64,000 nt of DNA from Waterburya sp. GTDB lineage: Bacteria > Cyanobacteriota > Cyanobacteriia > Cyanobacteriales > Xenococcaceae. Location: NCBI GenBank assembly GCA_965217895.1, contig CBDCJV010000002.1:992001-1056000 (forward strand), written 5' to 3'. The translations under genes were made by a program, and so were the position numbers. Positions within the stretch are counted from its first letter, which is position 1; each line of letters starts with the position of its first letter. A model generated the notes under the pieces. It did not search any database. It had not been told where the DNA came from and saw only the letters and a list, made by a program, of their open reading frames with translations. Below are positions 39,928 through 50,645 of the stretch, one piece after another.

Positions 39928-41027
39928 TCGCTAGAAAACGGATCGCCTTTTTTCTCGATGCCCTACATGGTGGTGGTGCTGAAAAAGTCGTAGTTAATCT
40001 ACTCAAAGGTTTAGCAAAACGAGACGAGTTCGATCTAGATTTAGTTTTAGCCACGCTAGAAGGTCCTTATTTAGATCAAGTACCGAAGGAAGTACGAATT
40101 GTCAATTTAAATACTGGAAGAGTAATAACCGCTATTTTACCCCTAGTGAATTACTTAAAGCAAAATCGTCCCTGGGCTTTAATTGGCAATATGGGTCATG
40201 TCAATGTAATAGCGTCAATTGCTAAAGAACTATCTCGAATCCAGACTCGATTAATTTTAGTTGAACATAATACTTTATCCGCCAACAAAAGTGATTTGAT
40301 CCGCGCTAAATTAGTGCCACCCTTAATGAGATTTCTTTTTCCTCGTGCTGATGCTGTTGTCGGAGTTTCTGTTGGTGTTGCTAGAGATTTAGAACGTCAA
40401 TTAGGACTTGGTTTGGAAACAGTCAAAGTACTCAATAATCCAGTAGTGAATGAAGATTTATTTGCTCAAAGTGAAGCTGAATTAGATCATCTTTGGTTTG
40501 TTGAAAATTCTCCTCCTGTATTTCTAGCGGTGGGCAGACTAAACCCGCAGAAAGACTTTCCCAATTTATTGAATGCTTTTGCCCAGGTAAGGAAACGAAA
40601 AACTGCTCGTCTGATTATTTTAGGGGAAGGTCAAGAGAGAAAAAAATTAGAGAAAATCATTGATGAATTATCTATTGGTGAAGATGTGCTAATGCCTGGT
40701 TTTGTCAAAAATCCTTATGCCTATATGAAACGAGCTAGTTGTTTTGTTTTATCTTCTAGGGACGAAGGACTACCTACAGTCTTGATTGAATCAATGGCTT
40801 GTGGTTGTCCTGTTGTTGCCACTGATTGTCCTAGTGGGCCAAATGAAATTCTTGATAATGGAGCTTATGGTTCTTTAGTGCATATAGAAAACTCTCAAGA
40901 GTTATCTGAAGCAATGCTTAAAACATTGGAAAACTTACTTCCAAAAGATACTCTAATAGAAAGAGCTAAAGAGTATTCAACAGACAATATAGTTGATAAG
41001 TATTTATCTTTACTTTATGCTCTTTAG
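39924..41027 (+). CDS. Glycosyltransferase family 4
   Basis: GGGAEKV, GRLNPQKD and EGLPTVLIESMACG motifs; ATGA overlap with the upstream gene. Confidence 0.93.
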   Translation: MIARKRIAFFLDALHGGGAEKVVVNLLKGLAKRDEFDLDLVLATLEGPYLDQVPKEVRIVNLNTGRVITAILPLVNYLKQNRPWALIGNMGHVNVIASIAKELSRIQTRLILVEHNTLSANKSDLIRAKLVPPLMRFLFPRADAVVGVSVGVARDLERQLGLGLETVKVLNNPVVNEDLFAQSEAELDHLWFVENSPPVFLAVGRLNPQKDFPNLLNAFAQVRKRKTARLIILGEGQERKKLEKIIDELSIGEDVLMPGFVKNPYAYMKRASCFVLSSRDEGLPTVLIESMACGCPVVATDCPSGPNEILDNGAYGSLVHIENSQELSEAMLKTLENLLPKDTLIERAKEYSTDNIVDKYLSLLYAL

Positions 41028-41179
41028 ATTTAACCAATTATTAGTTAGCTGATAGCCTAATAATTAGGAGAGGGCGATTATTTTTAATTTTATGATGTGA
41101 ATATTTATTTTTCAGATACTTCCAATAACCATTATAAATACAATTTTTAATACATTTATAAAAAAGAGCAATTATTATA

Positions 41180-42094
41180 ATGAAATTACCTAATTTGGTC
41201 ATTGCAGGTGCGCCTAAAGCAGGGAGTAGTTCTTTATTTTACTGGCTAGCATCTCATCCAGAAGTTTATGGCGCACCATGTAAAGAGACATTTTTTTTTA
41301 TCGATCGCGATAGCTCGTTATTACGACCAAAAGCTAATTATCATCTTCATGGTTTAGATTTATACGAATCTTTTTTTCCAGACTGTCCTGATGATGCCAA
41401 GGTTATTCTTGAGGCTACTCCTCACTATATTTACCAAAAAACGGCATTAGAATTTTTTGCCAACTGCGATCCTCAACCTCACGTAGTTTTTCTTTTGCGT
41501 AATCCAGCTAAAAGAGTTTTTTCCTCGTTTAGCTTTGCGCAAAATTATCTAAATCGCCTAGATAGCAATTTGACCTTTGAAAAAGTTACAGATTTACTGC
41601 TTGATACAACAGGGAAATTAGCAAGAGATATAGATTATGAGCCTGATAGTTTTTTCTGGGAATGGCTTAATACACAATTACCAAACAATCGCTATTACGA
41701 TTTTATTGTCCCCTGGACAGAACATTTTCCACCAGAAAAAATACACATTATTCTATTCGAGGAAATGGTCGCTAATCCCAGAGACACCCTCATGAATCTC
41801 GCCAATAGTATGGGCATTGACGCTAATTTCTATCAAGGTTTTTATTTTGAAAAAAGGACTCAAACTGTAGCAGTCAAAAATAAGTTTGCTCACGCACTGT
41901 TGCTAAAACTTGCTCCTTATTATGCGTCTGCTGGTAAGCTTAGAAGCGTTTTAAAATCTTTGTACTTCATGCTCAATAGCACCAAGCCAAAACCTGCCTC
42001 ATTAAACTCAATACAGAGATTAGATAAATATTTTCAACCGTACAATCAAAAGTTAGCCGACAAATTTAATCTCAATTTAGATTTTTGGAGATAA
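41180..42094 (+). CDS. Sulfotransferase
   Basis: PAPS-binding IAGAPKAGSSSL, KE, EATPHY and LRNPAKRVFS. Confidence 0.9.
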   Translation: MKLPNLVIAGAPKAGSSSLFYWLASHPEVYGAPCKETFFFIDRDSSLLRPKANYHLHGLDLYESFFPDCPDDAKVILEATPHYIYQKTALEFFANCDPQPHVVFLLRNPAKRVFSSFSFAQNYLNRLDSNLTFEKVTDLLLDTTGKLARDIDYEPDSFFWEWLNTQLPNNRYYDFIVPWTEHFPPEKIHIILFEEMVANPRDTLMNLANSMGIDANFYQGFYFEKRTQTVAVKNKFAHALLLKLAPYYASAGKLRSVLKSLYFMLNSTKPKPASLNSIQRLDKYFQPYNQKLADKFNLNLDFWR

Positions 42095-42098
42095 CCTT

Positions 42099-43463
42099 AT
42101 GTCGCTGTATCAAAAAACTCGACATATTTGGTTATCCATGACCAAAAACCGCAGTGATTTTGCCAAAAACTTTATTAAAGCTGCAACAGGAAGCTTCGGC
42201 ATAAAAGTTTCCAGTATTAGTCTAGCATTTGTTACTAGTTTAATTTTAGCTCGGTTATTGCAAACCAAAGATTTTGGGATTTATACTTATGCCTTAGCAT
42301 GGGCAAATCTGTTAAGCATTCCTGCCACATTGGGCTTTGACAAGCTGCTGATCCGCGAAGCTTCCGTTTATAAAGCCCGCGCAGAATGGACGCTAATGCG
42401 AGGAATTTTGGGCTGGACAAACTCCATTGTTCTAATTGCCTCAACTGGACTCGCAATCTTGGCAGGGATAGCCGCCTGGATCATCTACGGTAGCTCTAAT
42501 CCTCTAACTATGTGGGCAATTTTGGTTGGTCTGTTTGCTTTACCAATTAATTCCTTACGCAACGTCAGACTCGGTGCAATGCAAGGATTGAGTAAGGTTG
42601 TGCTGGCAATGGTACCCGAACTTCTAGTATCGCCAATTATGATTTTAGGGGCTTTGAGCGGTTGGCAACTACTCTATGATAATCAGGAAAGAGTGCTGTG
42701 GATTTTGGGGGTTAGAATAATGGCGATCGCTGTTTCATTTGCATTAGGAGCAAGATGGCTATATCAATCTATCCCAGCACAGGTAAAACAAGCATCGGCG
42801 CAATACAACGCCCGAACCTGGCTAACTAGTTCTCTTCCTTTTATGTTCTTAGGAGTTACAGAAATAATCAATTCTCAAGGAGATATCTTGATGTTGGGGG
42901 TAATGAAAGACGTTAGCGTCGTGGGAATTTATGGAGTTGTTAGCAGAATAAGTATTTTAGTTATTTTTATTCAAGCAGCAGTTAATAATGTTTTGGGTCC
43001 AATAATAGCTAGTTTTTATGCTGATAATAAACTGGCCGATCTCCATAAAATAATTGTCAAAAGTGCGCGTATTGTATTATTGATTTCTTTAGTTGTTTCT
43101 AGTATTTTATTTTTGTTTGGTCGTTCAATTCTCTCGTCTTTTGGCTCTGATTTTGTTATTGGCTATAGTGCTTTATTAATTCTTACTATTGGTCAATTAT
43201 TTAACTCTGCTTTAGGGCCTGTGGGACTATTACTTAATATGACTGGTTATGAAAAATTGACCGCTATCAGCATTTTTTCTAGCGCAATAATCAACATTAT
43301 TTTGAATCTTTTATTGATTCCTAAATTAGGGATTAACGGTGCTGCGATCGCCACAGCTAGCAGTATCACCGCCGTCAATTTTTTTAATATGTTTTTGGTA
43401 AGTCAAAAGTTAAAAATGACCCCATTTATTTTAGATATAATCAAACTTAAATCAGCTAAATAA
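42099..43463 (+). CDS. Wzx-type polysaccharide flippase
   Basis: LARLL..DFGIY, DILMLG, VGIY and LLIPKLGINGAAIAT motifs. Confidence 0.9.
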   Translation: MSLYQKTRHIWLSMTKNRSDFAKNFIKAATGSFGIKVSSISLAFVTSLILARLLQTKDFGIYTYALAWANLLSIPATLGFDKLLIREASVYKARAEWTLMRGILGWTNSIVLIASTGLAILAGIAAWIIYGSSNPLTMWAILVGLFALPINSLRNVRLGAMQGLSKVVLAMVPELLVSPIMILGALSGWQLLYDNQERVLWILGVRIMAIAVSFALGARWLYQSIPAQVKQASAQYNARTWLTSSLPFMFLGVTEIINSQGDILMLGVMKDVSVVGIYGVVSRISILVIFIQAAVNNVLGPIIASFYADNKLADLHKIIVKSARIVLLISLVVSSILFLFGRSILSSFGSDFVIGYSALLILTIGQLFNSALGPVGLLLNMTGYEKLTAISIFSSAIINIILNLLLIPKLGINGAAIATASSITAVNFFNMFLVSQKLKMTPFILDIIKLKSAK

Positions 43464-43503
43464 AAACATATTAATAAACTATATAAATAACTTAACAAAA
43501 AAC

Positions 43504-44433
43504 ATGACCAAACCAAACTTTTTTATTGCTGGCGCGCCTAAATGTGGCACAACCGCCCTAAGCGAATACTTAAAAGATCACCCGAATATTTACTTCAGCC
43601 AACCAAAAGAACCCCATTACTTCGCTTTTGATTTTGAACAATATCGTGTGGCCAAAACTTTAGAAGAATATCTCAGCTTATTTGCCGATAGCATGACAAA
43701 ACATACGGTAATTGGAGAAGGGTCAATATTTTACCTTTATTCTTCGGTGGCGTTAAGCAAGATATATGAGTTTAATCCCAAAGCCAAAATTATTGTCATG
43801 TTGCGTAATCCTATTGACATGATTTATTCGTTTCATTCTCAGCTACTATATTCGGCAGATGAAGAGGAAAGTAATTTTGAAAAGGCATGGCGACTACAAA
43901 GTATACGCCAACAAGGGCAACAGATTCCCCGTCAATGTCGAGAAGTTGCCTTTTTACATTATGCTGCCATAGGTCGATTAGGAGAGCAGATAGAACGCTT
44001 ATTTACAATTTTTCCCAGTGAGCAGATTGAAATAATCTGGTTTGAAGATTTTATCCAGTCTACTAAGCAAGTATACGATCGCGTTCTCAATTTTCTAGAA
44101 GTAGATAATGACAATCGCCTAGATTTTGCCAGAATTAATGAAAACAAAAGCCATAAATTAGGTGCATTAGGCAGTTTCTCCGAAAAGCCTCCCGTGCTGC
44201 TTTCTACCATTGCGCTCAAAGCCAGAGACATACTAGGAATTGAAAGGCTAAATATACTTGACACTATTCGTTTTTTGAACACCAAAATTGCTTCGCGCAA
44301 ACCTCTTAACGATCCTTTACGAGTCGAGATGATATCAGAATTTGCCCCAGATATTAAAAAATTATCTCAACTGTTAAACAAAGATTTAAGCCACTGGATT
44401 TCTTTATCAGCTAATACGCCCATCTTTAAATAA
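43504..44433 (+). CDS. Sulfotransferase
   Basis: PNFFIAGAPKCGTTAL, KEPHYF and LRNPIDMIYS motifs. Confidence 0.92.
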   Translation: MTKPNFFIAGAPKCGTTALSEYLKDHPNIYFSQPKEPHYFAFDFEQYRVAKTLEEYLSLFADSMTKHTVIGEGSIFYLYSSVALSKIYEFNPKAKIIVMLRNPIDMIYSFHSQLLYSADEEESNFEKAWRLQSIRQQGQQIPRQCREVAFLHYAAIGRLGEQIERLFTIFPSEQIEIIWFEDFIQSTKQVYDRVLNFLEVDNDNRLDFARINENKSHKLGALGSFSEKPPVLLSTIALKARDILGIERLNILDTIRFLNTKIASRKPLNDPLRVEMISEFAPDIKKLSQLLNKDLSHWISLSANTPIFK

Positions 44434-44519
44434 CTATTGGGGAATTTCTGGAAAAAGCTAGCTTATTCTACAAATATATCGTTGATCGACTAAAACAAAA
44501 CAGTTTATCAATAGTTTTT

Positions 44520-44774
44520 TTGCTTGGTTCACTATCAGATAAAAATATTCAAGCTAGTGATTCAGTAGAATTTACGAAGACGATAATTACGGTAGACAGT
44601 AGCGATCGCATTTCTCTGATTAGCTGGCTGTTTTTAATTGGCTCATTAATTTTTCTGGTTAATAGATTTTCAAAACTAACAGAAGGTATTTCTATTCATG
44701 CACTGCTTCATCTTGGTGCTAGTTTTCTCTTTACTATTGGTTCAGCTTTATTTATTCCCAGCGATAACGATTAA
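44520..44774 (+). CDS. Small membrane protein (YrhK-like)
   Basis: Two hydrophobic segments, WLFLIGSLIF and FLFTIGSALF. Confidence 0.5.
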   Translation: MLGSLSDKNIQASDSVEFTKTIITVDSSDRISLISWLFLIGSLIFLVNRFSKLTEGISIHALLHLGASFLFTIGSALFIPSDND

Positions 44775-44827
44775 TGGTTGCTGCGAGTATCCGACTCCAA
44801 CATATTATCAATTAAGCAATATAGTTC

Positions 44828-46237
44828 GTGACTTTAATGACGCTAAACTCTTCAACTCGTACTGAAATCAAGAATTTTTTACAGTTAGCTATTCCTTTAG
44901 CCAGCGCGCAAGTAGCTCAATCTCTGACAGGATTTTTTGACACGATTATGATGGGCAGACTAGGGGTAGAAACTTTAGCAGGTGGGGGATTAGCTGCGTT
45001 AACCTTTTTCGCCATTGTCAATGTTGCTGCGGGAATAGTTATGGCAGTAAGTCCTCTAATTGCCCAGGCTAACGGCGCAGGAAACCAAAGAAGGATTGAG
45101 GATCTAGCACGACAAGGATTTTGGTTGTCTTTACTGCTATCAATACCAATTATGATCGCGATCGCTCATTTCGACTCAATCATGCTGCAATTGGGGCAAC
45201 CAGAAACAACCGTAACTCTAGCCAATACCTATTTAGATATCATTCTCTGGGGCGTATTTCCAGCCATCGGTTTTGCTATGCTGCGGGGCGTGGTGTCTGG
45301 ACTATCTTATGCTCGTCCCGTAATGTATATCGTAGCCATAGGAACATTATTTAATATTATTGGTAATTATGTCTTGAGTTTCGGAAAATTCGACTTTCCT
45401 CGTCTAGAATTGGCAGGATTAGCTCTATCTAGTACTGTAACGTTTTGGGGGATGTTTTTTGCTCTACTAATCTATATTCTCAAACATCTGCAGCTGAGAA
45501 ATTATCAGATTCTCAAGCAGCTACATTGCCTAAAACCAAGAATTATCTGGGAATTAAGTAAGATTGGTCTGCCGATTGGCATATTTCTCGCCTTAGAAAT
45601 CGGCTTGTTTACGGTTGTAAGTTTTCTCATGGGGACATTAGGCGCAGAAGTGCTGGCTGCACATCAAATCGTCTTCCAAACTATTATCATAATCTTTATG
45701 ATTCCTCTAGGAATGTCTTATGCAGCTACAGTTAGAGTCGGACAATGGCTGGGACAAAAAAACTTAGCGGGAATTAAGCGAGCGGGATATCTGAGTATTG
45801 GCGCGGGAGCGATATTTACGATCGCCATTACCATCGTCATGCTTTTGTTTCCCAAGGCGATCCTTAGCCTATATATCAATGTTGACGATCCTGCTAATGC
45901 AGAAATTGTACGTTTGGCTTTGCCAATGCTAGCGATCGCTACATTGTCTCAGATATTAGACGCGGTGCAAAAAATTACCTATGGTGCGCTGCAAGGACTG
46001 CAAGATACTCGGATTCCAGTACTGCTAAACATTCCCGCTTTTTGGGTTGTTGGATTAACGTCAGGTTATCTGCTGGGCTTTTCTTTTGATTTGGGTGGTG
46101 TCGGTCTGTGGTTGGGACAGTCGGTCGGCGTGGCGGTTGCTGCATTCTTGTTCTTGATTCGTTGGCAACAAAAATTATGGCAGATTTCTCAAGTAATTAG
46201 CGTAACTGATAGCAAGAAGAAATTTACAGTTTTTTAA
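44828..46237 (+). CDS. MATE-family efflux transporter (NorM-like)
   Basis: DTIMMGRLG, LAAHQI, VRVGQ and GALQGLQDTRIP motifs. Confidence 0.93.
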   Translation: MTLMTLNSSTRTEIKNFLQLAIPLASAQVAQSLTGFFDTIMMGRLGVETLAGGGLAALTFFAIVNVAAGIVMAVSPLIAQANGAGNQRRIEDLARQGFWLSLLLSIPIMIAIAHFDSIMLQLGQPETTVTLANTYLDIILWGVFPAIGFAMLRGVVSGLSYARPVMYIVAIGTLFNIIGNYVLSFGKFDFPRLELAGLALSSTVTFWGMFFALLIYILKHLQLRNYQILKQLHCLKPRIIWELSKIGLPIGIFLALEIGLFTVVSFLMGTLGAEVLAAHQIVFQTIIIIFMIPLGMSYAATVRVGQWLGQKNLAGIKRAGYLSIGAGAIFTIAITIVMLLFPKAILSLYINVDDPANAEIVRLALPMLAIATLSQILDAVQKITYGALQGLQDTRIPVLLNIPAFWVVGLTSGYLLGFSFDLGGVGLWLGQSVGVAVAAFLFLIRWQQKLWQISQVISVTDSKKKFTVF

Positions 46238-46471
46238 AGCGATCGCATTTCAGTACTACGAAATAGACTGCTGGGTAAAAGCAATCAAAAAGTATGATCT
46301 TTTGAGAGCTTTAGAATGGAACAGACAATATGTAATAATGCGGTAATTGCAGATAAAACCTTTATTAATATTGCTAAAGTTTAATATGGTGCTAACTTTA
46401 GTTTAAGTCCCAGTCGAAAAATATTAAAATATGCTCTACTGAGTAAACAGTAAAATTAAATTAATATTTCA

Positions 46472-46687
46472 GTGTTAGAGAAGGCAAGAAAATTAGGTTT
46501 TCTGACTCAACTTAGTCAAGGAAATCGCTGGCAAATTACATCGTCCCAACAACATGATACTTGGAAGTTAATTCAAGAAGATTCAAGATGGATTCTTTGC
46601 GTTAAGGATGTTCCTCAACTTTATTTAAATTCAGAAGAAGCGATCGCTTTTTTATCAGCTCATCAAAGAAAATGCCCACAAACTTAG
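46472..46687 (+). CDS. Small hypothetical protein
   Basis: 71-aa ORF (WKL...RWIL.VKDVPQ) followed by a strong hairpin. Confidence 0.55.
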   Translation: MLEKARKLGFLTQLSQGNRWQITSSQQHDTWKLIQEDSRWILCVKDVPQLYLNSEEAIAFLSAHQRKCPQT

Positions 46688-46703
46688 TTTGTGGGCATTT
46701 TCT
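46667..46703. terminator. Perfect 18-bp-arm palindrome overlapping the stop codon
   Basis: AGAAAATGCCCACAAACT-T-AGTTTGTGGGCATTTTCT. Confidence 0.65.
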
Positions 46704-46936
46704 GACGTTGCCTAATTCCTTAGTTAAATAAGTAAAATTTAAGTATGCTCCGATCGAAAGCGTCGGGTCGCCATGCCGTTAGGCTTATCGCCTGATTGAA
46801 ATTACGAGATAAGTTATTAAGAATAAGTAATCAGTTAAGGACAAATGGTTGTTCGCCCGTACAGAAGTAATAAGGTAATCAGTTAGTTATTGGCTGCTTT
46901 AGGGGAACACTAGTAATAATCATCGTCTTACAATTT

Positions 46937-47893
46937 ATGAAAGCAAACTCATTTTTCTTTTATCTGCGCTCTTATAAGCTTATAATTGTTGTTTCGACTG
47001 CGATCGCCCTTTTTATAGTGGTATTAAATCAATGGCTGCAACACCAAGATAAAACTGTTAATGTTTCTTGTGATGTCAAATATGCTCACCAAAGCTTGAA
47101 TCAATGTCTGAGCCAAAATATAAATATAGCCCCCAAAAGCATTGTCCCAGAAAACCAACATCCTCTTCAAGCACCAGAAATAGCCAAGCCAGCTCCCCCA
47201 GCCAAGGAGAAGGTTCAGCCTCAGTCTCCCCCCAAAGCCAACCCCAAGGTGTCTTCTGTAGTCCCAGCTACGTTTAAGACTACTCAAGCCTTTAAAGAAT
47301 ATAAGCCTAAGTATACAATCGCCATTGCCGATTCTAGTAATTACGGCGATCGCTTTAGTGCTGACATTTATGGTCATCCTGTACATAATTCAGCGATCGC
47401 TGTGCTGCATGAAACCGTTGGTTCGGCTATGAGTGCTATCAATACTTTTAGAACACCTCATAACGATCTTAGGAAGCAAGTTAGTTACCATGCTTTAATT
47501 ACCCTTGATGGCATTATTATTTATCTTGTCCCATCTGATAAACGGGCTTTTGGGGCAGGAAACTCGGTATTTGAGAGTAGTCAAGGAATTGAAACAGTTA
47601 AGACTAATATTGATTTACCGCCATCAGTAAATAATTTTGCCTATCATATATCTTTAGAAACACCACTAGATGGACGCAAAAATCAGCCTAGCCACAGTGG
47701 TTATACAGATGCACAATATAAGGCTTTGGCTTGGCTGTTATCCCTGAGCAATATTCCAGATAACCGCATTACTACCCATAAAAATGTAGATCGATCTGGT
47801 CAGAGATTTGACCCTAGAAGCTTTGATTTTGATAAATTTTTTCAGATTTTACATATTTATCGTCAACCAAGCCAAAGCAAAGTCTCTACCTAA
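46937..47893 (+). CDS. N-acetylmuramoyl-L-alanine amidase (Amidase_2)
   Basis: VLHETVG, SYHALI, RAFGAG, HISLE and HKNVD..DP motifs; N-terminal TM segment. Confidence 0.88.
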   Translation: MKANSFFFYLRSYKLIIVVSTAIALFIVVLNQWLQHQDKTVNVSCDVKYAHQSLNQCLSQNINIAPKSIVPENQHPLQAPEIAKPAPPAKEKVQPQSPPKANPKVSSVVPATFKTTQAFKEYKPKYTIAIADSSNYGDRFSADIYGHPVHNSAIAVLHETVGSAMSAINTFRTPHNDLRKQVSYHALITLDGIIIYLVPSDKRAFGAGNSVFESSQGIETVKTNIDLPPSVNNFAYHISLETPLDGRKNQPSHSGYTDAQYKALAWLLSLSNIPDNRITTHKNVDRSGQRFDPRSFDFDKFFQILHIYRQPSQSKVST

Positions 47894-48053
47894 ATTAATT
47901 GATACCATAGTAAAGTAATAAAACCAAAAAGCGGCAAGTTTAGTAGTAAGAGATCGCTCATTGTTTAGCTATCCTAGAGATGATGCTTTTGAGGGAACAA
48001 TAAATTGGCTAGCATAGATCATAACTTATCAAAATAAATACAGAATTAGAACA

Positions 48054-49343
48054 GTGACTCAAACAAATTTAGATTTTCTGGCTCAAACAGACCCAGCTAT
48101 TGCGGAAATTATCGATTTAGAATTAAAGCGTCAGCGATCGCACCTGGAGCTAATTGCCAGCGAAAACTTTACCTCGCCCGCAGTTTTGGCGGCACAGGGT
48201 TCAGTATTAACCAATAAGTACGCCGAAGGCTTACCAGGCAAACGCTACTATGGCGGTTGCGAATTTATTGACCGTGCCGAACAGCTAGCCATCGACCGTG
48301 CCAAGCAGCTTTTTGGTGCAGCTATGGCAAACGTACAACCTCACTCTGGCGCACAGGCGAACTTTGCCGTGTTCCTGACTTTGCTAGAGCCTGGAGACAC
48401 TATTATGGGTATGGACTTGTCCCACGGTGGACATCTAACCCACGGCTCACCTGTAAACTTCTCAGGAAAGTGGTTTAACGTCGTTCAGTATGGCGTAAAC
48501 AAAGAGACAGAACAGCTAGACTTTGAGCAAATAAGAGAATTAGCTCTGGCTGAACGTCCTAAACTGATTATTTGTGGTTATTCGGCATATTCTCGCACTA
48601 TAGATTTTGCTAAATTTAGAGAAATTGCTGATGAGATTAACGCATACTTACTAGCTGATATTGCTCATATTGCTGGTCTGGTGGCTACAGGTCATCACCC
48701 TAATCCTGTTCCCCATTGCGACGTAGTTACCACCACTACCCATAAAACTCTTCGAGGGCCTAGAGGCGGTTTGATTTTGACTCGCGATCCTGAGTTAGGG
48801 AAAAAATTAAATAAATCAGTATTCCCTGGTACTCAAGGAGGCCCCCTTGAACACGCGATCGCTGCTAAAGCAGTGGCGTTTGGCGAAGCACTCAAGCCAG
48901 AATTTAAAGAATATTCGGCACAGGTAATTGCCAACGCTCAAGCAATGGGAGAAGCTTTTAGAGCCAGAAACATCAAGCTTGTGTCTGACGGTACAGACAA
49001 TCATTTACTTTTACTTGACCTACGTAGTATCGGTATGACAGGTAAAAAAGCAGATGCTTTAGTTAGTCAAATTAATATTACTGCCAACAAAAACACTGTT
49101 CCCTTCGATCCTGAGTCTCCTTTTGTGACTAGTGGGCTACGTTTAGGTTCTCCTGCGATGACAACAAGAGGAATGGGGGCGACAGAATTCCAAGAGATTG
49201 CTAATATTGTCGCAGACAAATTACTTAGCCCCGAAGATGAGGCTATTCAAAGTGATTGTCTAAATCGGGTAGCAGTATTATGCGATCGCTTTCCTCTTTA
49301 TCCTTATTTGGAGATTCCTGTACCTACCAAAATTAAAGGTTAA
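48054..49343 (+). CDS. glyA: Serine hydroxymethyltransferase
   Basis: LIASEN, NKYAEG, GGHLTHG and [14 protein letters not shown] motifs. Confidence 0.98.
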   Translation: MTQTNLDFLAQTDPAIAEIIDLELKRQRSHLELIASENFTSPAVLAAQGSVLTNKYAEGLPGKRYYGGCEFIDRAEQLAIDRAKQLFGAAMANVQPHSGAQANFAVFLTLLEPGDTIMGMDLSHGGHLTHGSPVNFSGKWFNVVQYGVNKETEQLDFEQIRELALAERPKLIICGYSAYSRTIDFAKFREIADEINAYLLADIAHIAGLVATGHHPNPVPHCDVVTTTTHKTLRGPRGGLILTRDPELGKKLNKSVFPGTQGGPLEHAIAAKAVAFGEALKPEFKEYSAQVIANAQAMGEAFRARNIKLVSDGTDNHLLLLDLRSIGMTGKKADALVSQINITANKNTVPFDPESPFVTSGLRLGSPAMTTRGMGATEFQEIANIVADKLLSPEDEAIQSDCLNRVAVLCDRFPLYPYLEIPVPTKIKG

Positions 49344-49436
49344 GAAAACAAAAGCGTTATCTTGTTAAAGATTACTTGGTCTATATAGCATCGAGTAATC
49401 TTTGACGGTTGGTCTACTTTGTACTTTTATTTTTAG

Positions 49437-50516
49437 GTGTTCGAGAACTCCTATCAGATGTCTATGGAACTATATCATCTGATTGCTTTTCTGATTTCTG
49501 TAACTTTTGTGTTATGGACTATACCCGACGTTAAAACCTTGGGTTTGAAGTTGGGTATAGTAGATCGACCAAACGCTAGAAAAATTCATAAAGACCCCGT
49601 TGTACGTGTTGGCGGGGTTTCGATTTTTGCTGGAACAATGACTGCCTTACTAATTGTTTGGCTTTTGGGAGGATTTTCTGCCTTAGCTCCCCACAAGTTG
49701 ACTGAAATTAAGGTCGTTATTGTTGGCAGCATTCTTTTCTTTGGGATTGGTTTTGCCGATGACCTATTTAATCTCACTCCTATTTCGCGGCTGTTGATGC
49801 AAATTGCTGTGGCAACTGGCTGTTGGTATCTGGGGGTTCGCATCGAATTTCTGTCTTTCCCCGTATACTCTTTAATCAAGATTTACTGGCTTAGTCTGCC
49901 TATTACCGTAGTTTGGTTAGTAGGTATGGCTAACGCGATCAACTGGATTGATGGCGTTGACGGTCTAGCCGCAGGAGTTTCTGGGATTGCTGCCTTTGTG
50001 ATGCTGGTAGTAACCCTATTTATGAATCAGCCTGCTGCTGCTTTGATTGCTGCTGCTTTGGCGGGCGGAGCTTTAGGTTTTTTGCGCTATAACTTCAATC
50101 CTGCTCAAATTTTTATGGGGGATGGGGGAGCATATTTTATGGGCTTTACCCTGGCAGCAGTGGGCATAATTGGTCTGGTTAAGACCACTTTTATCACCGC
50201 TGTTGTTTTACCTTATCTAATTTTGGCAGTGCCTATTTTAGATGCGTCAGCGGTAATTCTTTCGCGAATTAGCAAAGGTAAGTCCCCTTTTGTTGCCGAT
50301 AAAAGCCATTTTCATCACTGGTTGCTCAAATCAGGCATCTCTCAACGTCAAACTGTTTTATTGATTTACACCCTGACTTTTTGGGTCGGCAGTTTGGCTT
50401 TAGGTTTTTCTAATATTCCTAGTGGCTGGGGCTACGCTATTGGTGCAACAATGTTACTAGTCTGGCAGGTTTGGCAAGTTTGGCAAGTTTGGCGATCGCG
50501 TCATAGCCATAAATAA
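49437..50516 (+). CDS. MraY/WecA-family undecaprenyl-phosphate GlcNAc-1-P transferase
   Basis: DRPNARKIH, GFADD, NAINWIDGVDGLA, FMGDGG and HFHH motifs. Start is probably slightly downstream. Confidence 0.9.
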   Translation: MFENSYQMSMELYHLIAFLISVTFVLWTIPDVKTLGLKLGIVDRPNARKIHKDPVVRVGGVSIFAGTMTALLIVWLLGGFSALAPHKLTEIKVVIVGSILFFGIGFADDLFNLTPISRLLMQIAVATGCWYLGVRIEFLSFPVYSLIKIYWLSLPITVVWLVGMANAINWIDGVDGLAAGVSGIAAFVMLVVTLFMNQPAAALIAAALAGGALGFLRYNFNPAQIFMGDGGAYFMGFTLAAVGIIGLVKTTFITAVVLPYLILAVPILDASAVILSRISKGKSPFVADKSHFHHWLLKSGISQRQTVLLIYTLTFWVGSLALGFSNIPSGWGYAIGATMLLVWQVWQVWQVWRSRHSHK

Positions 50517-50645
50517 TACACAAATATTAAATGTAGGGTGGGCAAAAATATTTTTCAAGTGTGTTTTTGAATCACAATTAAATATTTACCCACCTTCTCA
50601 ACTACTCTCTTTTTTGACAGATATAGTTTTTTATAAATAAAATCA

